DNA of 64,000 nucleotides from Castellaniella sp. (GTDB taxonomy: Bacteria > Pseudomonadota > Gammaproteobacteria > Burkholderiales > Burkholderiaceae_B), in the NCBI RefSeq assembly GCF_049673105.1, contig NZ_JBATXG010000003.1, positions 21,207-85,206 on the forward strand, written 5' to 3'. This document shows, one piece after another, positions 29,863-39,663 of this stretch (position 1 is the first letter of the stretch; each line of letters opens with the position of its first letter). Made by a program: the position numbers and the translations under genes. Below the pieces are notes generated by a model. That model was not told the DNA's origin, made no database searches, and was given only the letters and a program-made list of their open reading frames with translations.

Positions 29863-31494
29863 CTAGGCGTCGGGGTGTTGGTGCAGATCGCGCAGCGCCT
29901 TGCGGATCACCTTGCCCGTGGTCGTCATCGGCAGGGCATCCATGAATTCGATCAGGCGCGGGTATTCGTGGGCGGCGGCGCGCTGCCGGACATGATCCTG
30001 GATCTCGGCGATCAGCGCGGCGCTGGACTGGAAGCCTTCTTTCAGCACGATGCAGGCTTTGACGATTTCGGTGCGTTCTGGGTCCGGGACGCCGATGACG
30101 GCGGCCATGCGGACGGCTGGGTGGCTGAGCAGACAGTCTTCGATCGGCCCCGGGCCGATGCGGTAGCCCGCGCTGGTGATGACGTCGTCGCCGCGCCCCT
30201 TGAACCACAGATACCCGTCCGCGTCGCGCATGCCGCGGTCTCCTGTGACCAGGAATTCGCCAATGAAGGCGTCGGCGGTGGCGCGCGGGTTGGCCCAATA
30301 TTGCAGGAACATCACCGGGTCGGGGCGGCGCACTGCGATGTGGCCTTCGGTGCCATCGGGCAGGATGCGTCCGTTGTCGTCGATGATCCGGACGTCATGA
30401 CCCGGTACGGGCCGTCCCATGGCCCCCGCTCGCGGCTCGAACAGGGCCGCGCATGATGACACGATCATATTGCACTCAGTCTGCCCATAGAATTCGTTGA
30501 TCGTGACCCCCAGGGTCTTGCGTCCCCAGGCGATCAGCTGGGCGCCCAGGGTTTCGCCGCCGCTGGCGACCGACACCAGCCGCAAGGCGCCGTATTGTTC
30601 CGGCGCATCCAGGGCGCGCAGCATCTTCAGCGCAGTGGGCGGCAGGAAGGTATGGCTGACTTGGTGCCTGGACATCAGCCGCCAGGCTTGTTCAGCGTCG
30701 AATTTGCCAAAGCGGTGGGCCAGGACGGGGACGCCGTGATGCCATGACGGCATCAGCACATCCATCAGGCCGCCGATCCAGGCCCAGTCAGCCGGCGTCC
30801 ACATCAGGCTGGCCTGCTTGGGGAAGAAGTTGTGCGAGATCTCGACGCCGGGCAGGTGGCCCAGCAACATGCGATGGGCATGCAAGGCGCCCTTCGGTTT
30901 GCCGGTCGTGCCCGAGGTATAGATGATCACTGCCGGGTCATCGGCCAGTGTGTCGTGCGGCGTCAGGGCCTTGCCTCGCTGGGATTCGATGGCGCCCCAG
31001 AAAGCGGTTTCGTCCTGGGGTTCGGCATGAATGTTCAGGACGCAGCTCAGATCTGGCAGCGCGGCCCGTATGGCCGCGATCTTGCCCATGCCTTCGGTGT
31101 GGGTGACCAGCACCCGTGCGCCGGAATTCCCCAGCCGGTATTGCAAGGCGTCGGTGCCGAACAGCGTGAACAGGGGTACGGCAATGGCCCCAAGCTTATA
31201 GACGGCCAGGTGGGACAGAGCGGTTTCCAGCGACTGGGGCAGCAGGATGCCGACACGGTCGCCGGGTCTCACGCCGCGCGCCCGCAGGGCCAGAGCCAGT
31301 TCGTCGGACCAGTGTTTCAGCTGGTCGAAGGTATATTGATCGGGCGGCGAGTCGCCGCGGTCCACGATCAGGGCGGGACGACCGCTGCCGTCGGCCCATC
31401 GGTCACAGACGTCTGTGCCGATGTTGTAGTGCGCCGGTACCGACCAGGAAAAATCCCGGTACGTATGAGCATAGTCGTCTCGCGCCTGAAGCAT
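29863..31494 (-). CDS. AMP-dependent synthetase/ligase (acyl-CoA synthetase family)
   Basis: AMP-binding signature YTSGTTGKPKG, a downstream TGD motif and a C-terminal GKxxR. Confidence 0.85.
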   Translation of the reverse strand: MLQARDDYAHTYRDFSWSVPAHYNIGTDVCDRWADGSGRPALIVDRGDSPPDQYTFDQLKHWSDELALALRARGVRPGDRVGILLPQSLETALSHLAVYKLGAIAVPLFTLFGTDALQYRLGNSGARVLVTHTEGMGKIAAIRAALPDLSCVLNIHAEPQDETAFWGAIESQRGKALTPHDTLADDPAVIIYTSGTTGKPKGALHAHRMLLGHLPGVEISHNFFPKQASLMWTPADWAWIGGLMDVLMPSWHHGVPVLAHRFGKFDAEQAWRLMSRHQVSHTFLPPTALKMLRALDAPEQYGALRLVSVASGGETLGAQLIAWGRKTLGVTINEFYGQTECNMIVSSCAALFEPRAGAMGRPVPGHDVRIIDDNGRILPDGTEGHIAVRRPDPVMFLQYWANPRATADAFIGEFLVTGDRGMRDADGYLWFKGRGDDVITSAGYRIGPGPIEDCLLSHPAVRMAAVIGVPDPERTEIVKACIVLKEGFQSSAALIAEIQDHVRQRAAAHEYPRLIEFMDALPMTTTGKVIRKALRDLHQHPDA

Positions 31495-31507
31495 GTGGGT
31501 CTCCGGT

Positions 31508-32719
31508 TCAGCCTTTGAGCAGTGAGCAGGTCGATTCCGATTCCGGTCCGTAAACCGATTCGGCGGGCAGGGTGCGCACGATGTTGTAGTAGTCCCAGGG
31601 CGCCTTGGATTGCTCGGGCTTTTTCACCTGCGCCAGGTACATGTCGTGCATCATCAGGCCGTCTTTGCGCACATAGCCGTTTTTGACAAACATATCGTTG
31701 ATCTTGTGCGATTTCAGGTACTGCATGATGGTGTCGCCGTCATCCGTGCCAGTGGCTTTGACGGCTTCCAGGTAGTTTTTGGCCACGGAATAATCACCGG
31801 CTTGCAGGAAGGAAGGCGCGCGCTTGTGTTGGTCGAAGAAACGCTTGGCCCAGGCGCGCGAGTCGTCGGACTGGTTCCAGTACCAAGGCGTGGTCAGATA
31901 CAGTCCCGCGGTACTTTCCAGGCCCAGGGCGTGGATGTCGTTGATGAACACCAGCAGACCGGCCAGTTTCATGGTCTTGGTGATGCCGAACTCGTTTGCG
32001 GCTTTGGCGGAATTGATGAAATCCCCGCCGGCGTTCGCCAGCCCCAGCACCTGGGCGCCCGAGCTTTGGGCCTGCAACAGGAAGGATGAAAAGTCCGATG
32101 TGGCGATCGGCGCGCGCACGGCGCCCAGAACCTTGCCGCCGTCCTTTTTCACGACCGCGGCGGTATCTTGTTCCAGCGAATGGCCGAACGCATAGTCAGC
32201 CGTCAGGAAGAACCAGGTCTTGCCGCCCTCGCGCACGACGGCGGACCCGGTGCCATTGGCCAAGGCTACCGTGTTGTAGGCGTAGTGCACGGTGTAGGGC
32301 GTGCATTTTTCATTGGTCAGTTGCGACGAGCCGGGGCCGACCGCCAGGAAAGGTTTTTTCTTTTCGGCAGCGACTGCGGCCATGGACAGCGCCGTGGCGG
32401 AATTGGTGCCGCCCACCAGCATGTCCAGTTGCTGGGTGTCGAACCAATCACGGGCCCGGGCCGAGGCGATGTCGGCCTTGTTCTGGTGGTCGGCGGTCAG
32501 CAGTTCGATCTTCTTGCCGTTGATCTCGCCCCCCATGTCGGCGATGGCCATGCGGATGGCATCGGCCCCCGCTTGTCCGTCGATGTCGGCGTATACCCCG
32601 GACATGTCGGCGATGAAGCCGATGCGGATGACGTCATCCGACATGCCGGCGGCGTGGGAAGGCAGGCTGGCGCCGAGGCCGAACACGGCCAGAGCAGCCG
32701 CCAAGGCGGTTTTTTTCAT
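31508..32719 (-). CDS. Periplasmic ligand-binding protein, LivK/type-I family (orphan; no adjacent permease or ATPase)
   Basis: Start re-placed at MKKTALAAALAVFGLGASLPSHAAG (signal peptide), followed by IRIGFIADMSGVYADIDG. Confidence 0.8.
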   Translation of the reverse strand: MKKTALAAALAVFGLGASLPSHAAGMSDDVIRIGFIADMSGVYADIDGQAGADAIRMAIADMGGEINGKKIELLTADHQNKADIASARARDWFDTQQLDMLVGGTNSATALSMAAVAAEKKKPFLAVGPGSSQLTNEKCTPYTVHYAYNTVALANGTGSAVVREGGKTWFFLTADYAFGHSLEQDTAAVVKKDGGKVLGAVRAPIATSDFSSFLLQAQSSGAQVLGLANAGGDFINSAKAANEFGITKTMKLAGLLVFINDIHALGLESTAGLYLTTPWYWNQSDDSRAWAKRFFDQHKRAPSFLQAGDYSVAKNYLEAVKATGTDDGDTIMQYLKSHKINDMFVKNGYVRKDGLMMHDMYLAQVKKPEQSKAPWDYYNIVRTLPAESVYGPESESTCSLLKG

Positions 32720-32829
32720 AAGTTTGTCTCCTGAGTATGCTGTTTTTATCCGCTCGCGCGGTATGGACCACGATACAGAGGTGCAGCCGCGCTGTCGAGG
32801 ATTTGGAATACTTGGCGCACAATGGGCGC

Positions 32830-33654
32830 ATGGATCAACAAGAACGGATAGATGTGATGGATGTACCCTGGAGCGCTGCCGATATGGCGGATCTGCGCGT
32901 GGCCCGTCAGTTGCTGGAAAATCCCGGCCTGGCCGCCCGTATGACCAACCTGGTCGGCACACCCATCGAGAAAGGCCTGGACATGCTGTCCCTGGGCTGG
33001 CAGGCCAAGCTTGCCGGCATCACCCGCGGCGCCCTGAGCAAGGCCGCCGACGCGGCGATTTTCACCCTGAGCGATACCCCCGGCGCGGGCAGTGCGGATC
33101 GCTGGCACAAATGGGGGGCGGCGCTCAGCGGCGGCGTCGGCGGATTTTTCGGCCTCGCCGGCTTGGCGGTGGAATTGCCGGTGTCCACGACGCTGATGAT
33201 GCGCTCCATCGCCGCCATTGCCCGCAGCGAGGGCGAATCCTTGCAGGACGCCGATACCTGCAGGGCTTGTCTGGAAGTCTTCGCTCTGGGCGGCAAGGCC
33301 GACGCCGATGATGCCGCCGAGAGCGGTTATTACGCCGTGCGCGTGGCGCTCGCCCAGGCGGTGGGTCAGGCCGTGGACTATCTGGGCGCCAAGGTCGCGG
33401 TGGACAAGGCGTCCACCCCTGCGATGGCGCGCCTGATCGCGGCCATTGCGGACCGTTTCGGCATCCAGGTCACCGAGAAGGTCGCCGCCCAGGCCGTCCC
33501 TGCCTTGGGCGCAGCGGGCGGCGCGCTGGTCAATACCCTGTTCATCAACCACTTCCAGGATATGGCGCGCGGCCATTTCACCGTGCGTCGGCTGGAACGC
33601 AAATACGGAGAAGACGCGGTGCGGGCCGCCTATCTGGCGCTGGCGAGCGAATAG
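32830..33654 (+). CDS. EcsC-family protein (function unknown)
   Basis: Recalled similarity to the EcsC domain (Gly/Ala-rich helices, AxxVPxxGAxxGAxxN motif near the C-terminus). The start is uncertain: ATGs at 32830 and 32857. Confidence 0.6.
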   Translation: MDQQERIDVMDVPWSAADMADLRVARQLLENPGLAARMTNLVGTPIEKGLDMLSLGWQAKLAGITRGALSKAADAAIFTLSDTPGAGSADRWHKWGAALSGGVGGFFGLAGLAVELPVSTTLMMRSIAAIARSEGESLQDADTCRACLEVFALGGKADADDAAESGYYAVRVALAQAVGQAVDYLGAKVAVDKASTPAMARLIAAIADRFGIQVTEKVAAQAVPALGAAGGALVNTLFINHFQDMARGHFTVRRLERKYGEDAVRAAYLALASE

Positions 33655-33675
33655 GGCACGGTTCCGGGCGACCCC

Positions 33676-35115
33676 TCAGCTGTCCCAACCCCCGCCGAGT
33701 GCCCGGATCAACTGCACGGCTTCGTGCGCGCGCAGGCCATCCAATTGCACGACGGCGCGTTTGCGCTGCAGCACGTTGCGGTCGGCGTCGATGACTTCCA
33801 GGTAACTGACCGAACCGGCTTCGTATTGGGCTTTGGACAGTTCCGCTGCGCGGGCGGCGGACGCCACGGCGGAGTCCTGCACCTCGCCTTGCTCGCCCAG
33901 CAGACGCAAAGAAGACAGGCCGTCTTCGACTTCTCCAAAGGCCTTGAGCACGCTTTGACGGTACAGGGCCACGTCTTCTTCGTAGCGGGCGCGGGCGCGA
34001 TCCACGCCGGCCTGGCGGCGGCCACCATCGAAGATCGGCAGCGAGAGCGCCGTCCCCACCAGCGGACCCAGCAGGAAACTGCGGCTCGACCAGCGCAGCA
34101 GCTCGTCCAGTTCGGATGATTCGAATCCGAAGGCGCCCGTCAGGGTCAGTTGCGGGAACAGGGCGGCCTTGGCGGCGCCGACCCTGGCATTGGCGGCTGC
34201 CAGGGCCCGTTCCGCTGCGGCAATGTCAGGGCGCCTTTCCAGCAGGGAAGAAGGCAGGCCGGCGGGGATGGCGACCGGGATCCTGGCCAGAGGCTGACGC
34301 GACAGGGAAAAGTCCGCGGGCGGTCGCCCGAGCAGCAAGGCCAGTCCGTGCTCGGCGGCGGCGCGTTGACGATCAATGCCCAGCGCCTGGGCGCGCGCCG
34401 TCGCCAGTTCAGACCGGGCGCGCGCGACGTCCAGTTCGCTGATGTCGCCTTCACGGTAACGCGTCTCGACCAGATCCAGGCTCATGCGGCGCAGAGCAAT
34501 CGTGTGCTCGTAGAGCAGGGTTTCGCCATCCAGTTGCCGGATCAGGAAATAGGATTGTGCGACGTCGGCCTGCAGCGCCAGCAGCACGGACTGGTAGAGG
34601 GCCTGTGCCCGCTGGGCGTCGGCGCTGGCGGCATCGACTTCCGAGGCGACACGACCAAAGAGATCGACTTCATAGGCCAGGCCGGTCTGCGCACGCCAGA
34701 GCGTGGCAGTGCCGCCTGGGTCAGCGGCGCCCTGGATGGCTTCCGATGTGCGCTGACGGTTGGCGGCCAGACCGGTCGTCAGTTCCGGAAGCCGGTCCGC
34801 CCGGGCGCGCCCCAGCAGTGCGCGCGCCTGCTTTACGCGTGCGGCGGCGGCCTGCAGGTCCTGGTTCGCCTGCATGGCTTGTGTTTGCAGGGCATCCAGC
34901 GCGGGATCCTTGAAAATGGCCCACCAGCGCCCTCGCGCCAGCGCATCGGCTGGCTGGGCCTGCTTCCAGCGCTGCTGTTCGGCGGCGCTCAGGCTGGCTT
35001 CCTTGAAGGCGGCGGGGACTTCGACGGCGGGCCGTTCATATTTGGGGCCGACGGCGCACCCGGCGAGCAGGGCCAGCAAGCTTGCCGTGGCAGCGAAAGA
35101 AATGCGTGTGATCAT
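33676..35115 (-). CDS. RND efflux outer-membrane lipoprotein, NodT family (OprN/OprM-like)
   Basis: Start MITRISF with the lipobox LLAGC. It overlaps the RND gene stop (ATGA). The C-terminus RALGGGW is typical of the family. Confidence 0.9.
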   Translation of the reverse strand: MITRISFAATASLLALLAGCAVGPKYERPAVEVPAAFKEASLSAAEQQRWKQAQPADALARGRWWAIFKDPALDALQTQAMQANQDLQAAAARVKQARALLGRARADRLPELTTGLAANRQRTSEAIQGAADPGGTATLWRAQTGLAYEVDLFGRVASEVDAASADAQRAQALYQSVLLALQADVAQSYFLIRQLDGETLLYEHTIALRRMSLDLVETRYREGDISELDVARARSELATARAQALGIDRQRAAAEHGLALLLGRPPADFSLSRQPLARIPVAIPAGLPSSLLERRPDIAAAERALAAANARVGAAKAALFPQLTLTGAFGFESSELDELLRWSSRSFLLGPLVGTALSLPIFDGGRRQAGVDRARARYEEDVALYRQSVLKAFGEVEDGLSSLRLLGEQGEVQDSAVASAARAAELSKAQYEAGSVSYLEVIDADRNVLQRKRAVVQLDGLRAHEAVQLIRALGGGWDS

Positions 35116-38100
35116 GAGCGGACTTCCACAGAGGGGGTTGCGGCGGGGGTGGATGGGTCCGGGTGCGCAGCGTCGGCGCGTCGGAACTGGAATCGGACAG
35201 CGAGCGCGCGCAGCAGCACATAGAACACCGGGGTCAGGTACAGACCGAACAGCGTGACGCCCAGCATGCCGAAGAAGACCGCGATCCCCATCGCGTGGCG
35301 CATTTCCGCGCCTGCGCCGGTGGACAACACCAGGGGCACGATGCCCATGATGAAGGCGATGGACGTCATCAGAATGGGGCGCAGGCGCAGGCGGCTGGCT
35401 TCCCGCGCGGCCTGCGCGGCGGACATGCCCTGGGCCTCCAGTTCGCGCGCGAACTCGACGATCAGGATGGCGTTCTTGCAGGCCAGGCCGACCAGCACCA
35501 TGAGCCCGATCTGGGTGAATATATTGTTGTCTCCCTGGGTCAGCCAGACGCCGGTCAGGGCGGCCAGCGCGCTCATGGGCACGATCAGGATGACTGCCAG
35601 CGGCAGCGTCAGGCTCTCGTACAGGGCGGCCAGCACCAGAAAGACCAGCAGGACGCTGATGGGGAACACCCAGATTCCGGCGTTGCCGGCCAGGATCTGC
35701 TGGTAGGTCAGATCCGTCCATTCGAACTTGATGCCTTTGGGCAGGGTTTGCGCTGCGATGCGTTCAGCCACCGCCTGGGCTTCGCCGGACGAATAGCCGG
35801 GCGCCGGACCGCTATTGATGTCGGCGGCGGTGTAGCCGTTGTAGCGCACCACCATCTCCGGCCCATACGTCGGTGTCAGCGACACCAGGGAACCCAGCGG
35901 CACCATGGCGCCCGAATCGCTGCGCGTCTTCAGCCGCAGAATGTCCTCGGGGTCGGACCGGAAGGGCGCGTCGGCCTGGGCCTTGACCTGGTAGACGCGC
36001 CCGAAGCGGTTGAAGTCGTTGATGTACAGCGAGCCCAGGTAGATCTGCATGGTGTCGAACACGTTCGTGACGGGTACGCCCAGTTGCTTGGCCTTGACCC
36101 GATCCAGATCCACGTCCAGTTGCGGCACGTTGATCTGGTAGCTGGAAAATGCCGGCCCCAGTTCCGGCGTTTGCGCCGCCTTGGCCAGGTAGGCCTGGAC
36201 CGCGTCGTTCAGGCGGTCATAGCCCAGCCCGGCGGTGTCCTCGATTTGCAGCTTGAAGCCGCCCACCGTTCCCAGGCCCATGACGGGCGGTGGGGGAAAC
36301 ACGGCGGTAAAGGCTTCCTTGATTCCGGAAAATTGCTGACTCAGCGCTGCCGTGATGGATTGGGCGGACGTTGCCGCGTCCTGGCGCTTGTCAAAGTCGT
36401 CGAGCGCGATGAAAACGACGGCTGCGCTGGAGCTGTTGGTGAAGCCGTTGATCGACAGGCCGGGAAACGCAACGACGTTTTTGACGCCCGGTTGGGACAG
36501 CGCGATGTCGCTCATGCGGCGGACCACGGCATCCGTGCGTTCCAGCGATGCGCCGCTGGGCAGTTGCGCGAAACTGACCAGATACTGCTTGTCCTGCCCC
36601 GGCACGAAACCGCCCGGGACGATATAGGTGACGCCCGCCGTCAGCGCGAGCAGGACCAGGTAGACGCCGAGGGTCGCGCCCTTGCGCCGCACGACGGCGC
36701 CCACGCCGTGTGCGTAGTGGTCGGAGGCGCGCCCGAAAGCGTGATTGAAGGCGCGAAAGAATCCGCCCAGGACGCGGTCCATGCCGCGGGTCAGCGCATC
36801 GGGTTTTGCTCCGTGGGGTTTGAGCAGCAAGGCGGCGAGCGCCGGCGACAAGGTCAGCGAATTGAACGCCGAGATGACCGTCGAAATGGCGATCGTCATG
36901 GCGAATTGCTTGAAGAACTGTCCGCTCAACCCCGTCATGAAGGCCAGCGGCACGAACACGGCGACCAGCGTCAGGGCGATGGCGATGATCGGGCCGCTGA
37001 CCTCGCGCATGGCGCGGTACGTGGCGTCGCGGGGGCTGTGGCCGGCCTCGATGTTGCGTTCGACGTTCTCGACGACCACGATGGCGTCGTCCACGACGAT
37101 GCCGATCGCCAGCACCAGGCCGAACAGGGACAGCGCGTTGATGGTGTAGCCGAACGCCAGCATCAGGGAGAACGTGCCGATGATGGAGATCGGCACCGCC
37201 AGCAGCGGGATGATGGACGCGCGCCAGGTCTGCAGAAAGACAATGACGACGAGCACGACCAGGGCGATGGCCTCCAGCAGCGTCGAGATCACCGCCTCGA
37301 TGCTGGACCGGACGAACTGCGTGGGGTCATAGACGATGCTGCTTTCGAGCGATGCCGGGAAGTCGGCGGACAATTCCTGCATGGTGGCGCGCACTGCGTC
37401 GGAAATGGCCAGGGCGTTGGCGCCAGGCGCTTCCATGATCGCCATGGCGACCGCCGGTTTATTGTCCAGCAGGGACCGCAAAGCGTATTCAGATGCCGCC
37501 AGCTCGATGCGCGCCACGTCCCGCAGCCGGGTGACGCCGCCGTCGGCGGAAGACTTCAGGACGATGTCGCCGAATTCCTCTTCGGTCCGCAGGCGTCCCT
37601 GCGCATTGACTGAGAATTGCATGGCCACATCGGGGCTGCTGGGGGACGCGCCGATGACGCCCGCGGCCACCTGCACGTTCTGTTCCCGGATCGCGGCGAC
37701 GACGTCGCTGGCGGTCAGGCCCCGCTCGGCGACTTTGCTCGGGTTCAGCCAGACGCGCATGGCGTAGTTGCCAGCGCCCCATACTTGTACTTCGCCCACG
37801 CCCGGGATGCGCGCCAGCTTGTCCTTGACGTTCAGGACGGCGTAGTTGCGCAAATAGGTCAGGTCGTAGCGCTGGTCGGGCGAGACCAGATGCACGACCA
37901 TGGTCAGGGTGGGCGTCGCCTTGACCGTGGTGACCCCCAGACGCTGAACGTCCTCGGGCAGGCGTGGCAAGGCTTGCGCGACCCGGTTCTGCACCAGTTG
38001 CTGGGCTTTGTCGGGGTCCATGCCCAGGTGAAAGTTGACCGTCACCGCCAGGTTGCCGTCGCTGTTGGCCTGCGACTGCATGTACAGCATGTTCTCGACC

Positions 38101-38318
38101 CCGTTGATGGCTTCCTCCAGGGGCGCCGCCACGGTTTCGGCGATCACCTTGGGATTGGCGCCGGGAAATTGCGCGCGCACGACGACCGAGGGCGGCACGA
38201 CCGCCGGATACTCGGAAATCGGCAGTCGGAAGACCGCGAGCAGGCCGGCCAACAGGATCAGGACAGAGAGAACCGCCGCAAAGATCGGTCGGTCGATGAA
38301 GAATTTGGAAATGTTCAT
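35112..38318 (-). CDS. RND multidrug efflux permease, HAE1 family (MexF/BpeF-like)
   Basis: 1068 aa. The N-terminus MNISKFFIDRPIFAAVLSVLILLAG...LPISEYPAVVPPSVVVRAQFPGANPKVIAETV closely resembles MexF as I recall it. TM4 shows VVDDAIVVVEN. Confidence 0.92.
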   Translation of the reverse strand: MNISKFFIDRPIFAAVLSVLILLAGLLAVFRLPISEYPAVVPPSVVVRAQFPGANPKVIAETVAAPLEEAINGVENMLYMQSQANSDGNLAVTVNFHLGMDPDKAQQLVQNRVAQALPRLPEDVQRLGVTTVKATPTLTMVVHLVSPDQRYDLTYLRNYAVLNVKDKLARIPGVGEVQVWGAGNYAMRVWLNPSKVAERGLTASDVVAAIREQNVQVAAGVIGASPSSPDVAMQFSVNAQGRLRTEEEFGDIVLKSSADGGVTRLRDVARIELAASEYALRSLLDNKPAVAMAIMEAPGANALAISDAVRATMQELSADFPASLESSIVYDPTQFVRSSIEAVISTLLEAIALVVLVVIVFLQTWRASIIPLLAVPISIIGTFSLMLAFGYTINALSLFGLVLAIGIVVDDAIVVVENVERNIEAGHSPRDATYRAMREVSGPIIAIALTLVAVFVPLAFMTGLSGQFFKQFAMTIAISTVISAFNSLTLSPALAALLLKPHGAKPDALTRGMDRVLGGFFRAFNHAFGRASDHYAHGVGAVVRRKGATLGVYLVLLALTAGVTYIVPGGFVPGQDKQYLVSFAQLPSGASLERTDAVVRRMSDIALSQPGVKNVVAFPGLSINGFTNSSSAAVVFIALDDFDKRQDAATSAQSITAALSQQFSGIKEAFTAVFPPPPVMGLGTVGGFKLQIEDTAGLGYDRLNDAVQAYLAKAAQTPELGPAFSSYQINVPQLDVDLDRVKAKQLGVPVTNVFDTMQIYLGSLYINDFNRFGRVYQVKAQADAPFRSDPEDILRLKTRSDSGAMVPLGSLVSLTPTYGPEMVVRYNGYTAADINSGPAPGYSSGEAQAVAERIAAQTLPKGIKFEWTDLTYQQILAGNAGIWVFPISVLLVFLVLAALYESLTLPLAVILIVPMSALAALTGVWLTQGDNNIFTQIGLMVLVGLACKNAILIVEFARELEAQGMSAAQAAREASRLRLRPILMTSIAFIMGIVPLVLSTGAGAEMRHAMGIAVFFGMLGVTLFGLYLTPVFYVLLRALAVRFQFRRADAAHPDPSTPAATPSVEVRS

Positions 38319-38326
38319 GGGGCCGC

Positions 38327-39526
38327 TCAGGATTGGTGCTGTTCATCCGGCTTCGAGCCGGGCAGGGCGCCCACCGCGAGCGCGCCGTCATCGGTTTGGA
38401 CCAGCGTCGGCGCCACGATGTCTCCGGGCCGGACGCGCTGGATGCCGTTCACGACGACGCGGTCTCCCGCCGACAGGCCGGTCCGGACGACGCGCCGACC
38501 GTCCCGGCTGGCGCCCAGCGTGACTTCCCGGTAGGCGGTCTTGTTCGCCTCATCGACGACCATGACGAAACGCTTGGCCTGATCGGTGCCGATCGCCTTT
38601 TCCTGCAGCAGCACGGCCTCGTGAGGAGCGCCGGCGCCCAGGCGGATCTTGGCGTAAAGCCCGGGCCGCAGAAGACCGTCCGGATTGTCGAACAGCGCCC
38701 GCACCCGGATCGTGCCGGTTTGTGGGTCGAGGCTGTTGTCCAGGAACGCCAGCGTGCCGTGGCGGGGGTAATCCTGCTCATTGGCCAGGCCCATGGACAC
38801 AGGGGCGGCTGCCCCGGCGCCTGCGTCGTGCATCTGCAGGAAGGTTTGTTCGTCCACCTCGAACGAGGCGTAGAGCTGCGAGACCGAGACCAGGGTGGTC
38901 AGGGGCCGCGCGTTGCCCAGGCCGACGACATTGCCTTCGGTCGCGTCAGCTTTCGAGACCCGCCCGCTGATGGGGGCGGTGATGCGGGTGTGCTCCAGAT
39001 CGAGCTGCGCCGATTGCAGTGCGGCCTGCGCGGCCTGCACACGGGCCGAGGCCTCGCGAGCCGCATTGCGCTTTTCCTCGAAATCCCGGCGGGCGATCGC
39101 ATTGCCGGCCAATAGCCGTCGGCCCCGGCTCAGATCCGCGCTGGCGTAGGCGTCCTTTGCTTTGGCCGCCGTCAATTGCGCTTGGGCCTCGTCGACCGCA
39201 GCCTGATAGGGGCGCGGGTCGATGGTAAAGAGCGGATCGCCGCGCTGAACCAGTGCGCCGTCCTGAAAATGGACCTGGATCAGGGTGCCGGACACCAAGG
39301 GCCGGATGTCGACCCGATCCACGGCTTCCAGGCGTCCGGAATATTCATGCCAGTCCGTGATGGCCTGGTAACGGATCGTGGCGACGTCAACCTGAATAGC
39401 GGGTGCCGGAGGCAGTTTGCCGTCGCCGGCGGGTGTGCCGGTGCTGTCGCGCATCAGCAGCACACCGCCGGCGAGCAGCAGTCCGGCCAGTGCAAAGGCG
39501 ACGTGTCGTGCGGGGAAAGAGGGCAT
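38327..39526 (-). CDS. RND efflux periplasmic adaptor (membrane fusion protein, MexE-like)
   Basis: Start re-placed at MPSFPARHVAFALAGLLLAG (membrane anchor). Lipoyl/hairpin regions are present. AAGGAA ribosome-binding site. Confidence 0.88.
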   Translation of the reverse strand: MPSFPARHVAFALAGLLLAGGVLLMRDSTGTPAGDGKLPPAPAIQVDVATIRYQAITDWHEYSGRLEAVDRVDIRPLVSGTLIQVHFQDGALVQRGDPLFTIDPRPYQAAVDEAQAQLTAAKAKDAYASADLSRGRRLLAGNAIARRDFEEKRNAAREASARVQAAQAALQSAQLDLEHTRITAPISGRVSKADATEGNVVGLGNARPLTTLVSVSQLYASFEVDEQTFLQMHDAGAGAAAPVSMGLANEQDYPRHGTLAFLDNSLDPQTGTIRVRALFDNPDGLLRPGLYAKIRLGAGAPHEAVLLQEKAIGTDQAKRFVMVVDEANKTAYREVTLGASRDGRRVVRTGLSAGDRVVVNGIQRVRPGDIVAPTLVQTDDGALAVGALPGSKPDEQHQS

Positions 39527-39563
39527 GGCGGGATTCCTTTTGATGAGTGCGTTATTATTTGTT

Positions 39564-39589
39564 ATTCGCGAATTTGGATAAATATCCAA
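39564..39589. promoter_or_regulatory. Two adjacent palindromes in the AT-rich LysR/efflux divergent promoter region (candidate LysR operator)
   Basis: ATTCGCGAAT is a perfect 10-mer palindrome. It is immediately followed by TTGGATA-aa-TATCCAA, a 7-bp inverted repeat. Confidence 0.45.
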
Positions 39590-39663
39590 TTTTTGTTATC
39601 ACTATTCAAATCCAGCAAACAATAGCGACGCGGTCAGCCTAGCCGCGCGCCGGGAGCACAGGG

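Noticed and set aside
35163-37613. 816-aa ORF on the plus strand. Similar very long ORFs occur at 6544-7680 (+), 10239-11384 (+), 11853-13508 (+), 14803-16884 (-), 17854-19050 (-), 24844-25449 (+), 56403-57701 (-) and 61496-62686 (+).
   Set aside because: All of them lie antisense to genes with strong, full-length homology (RND pump, binding protein, ileS, purN/methyltransferase, uvrD, ABC-F, lysS). Their translations are Arg/Gly/Ala/Asp/His-rich and low in complexity, with no recognisable motifs. Stop-codon depletion on the antisense strand of a ~64% GC genome produces exactly this kind of ORF.
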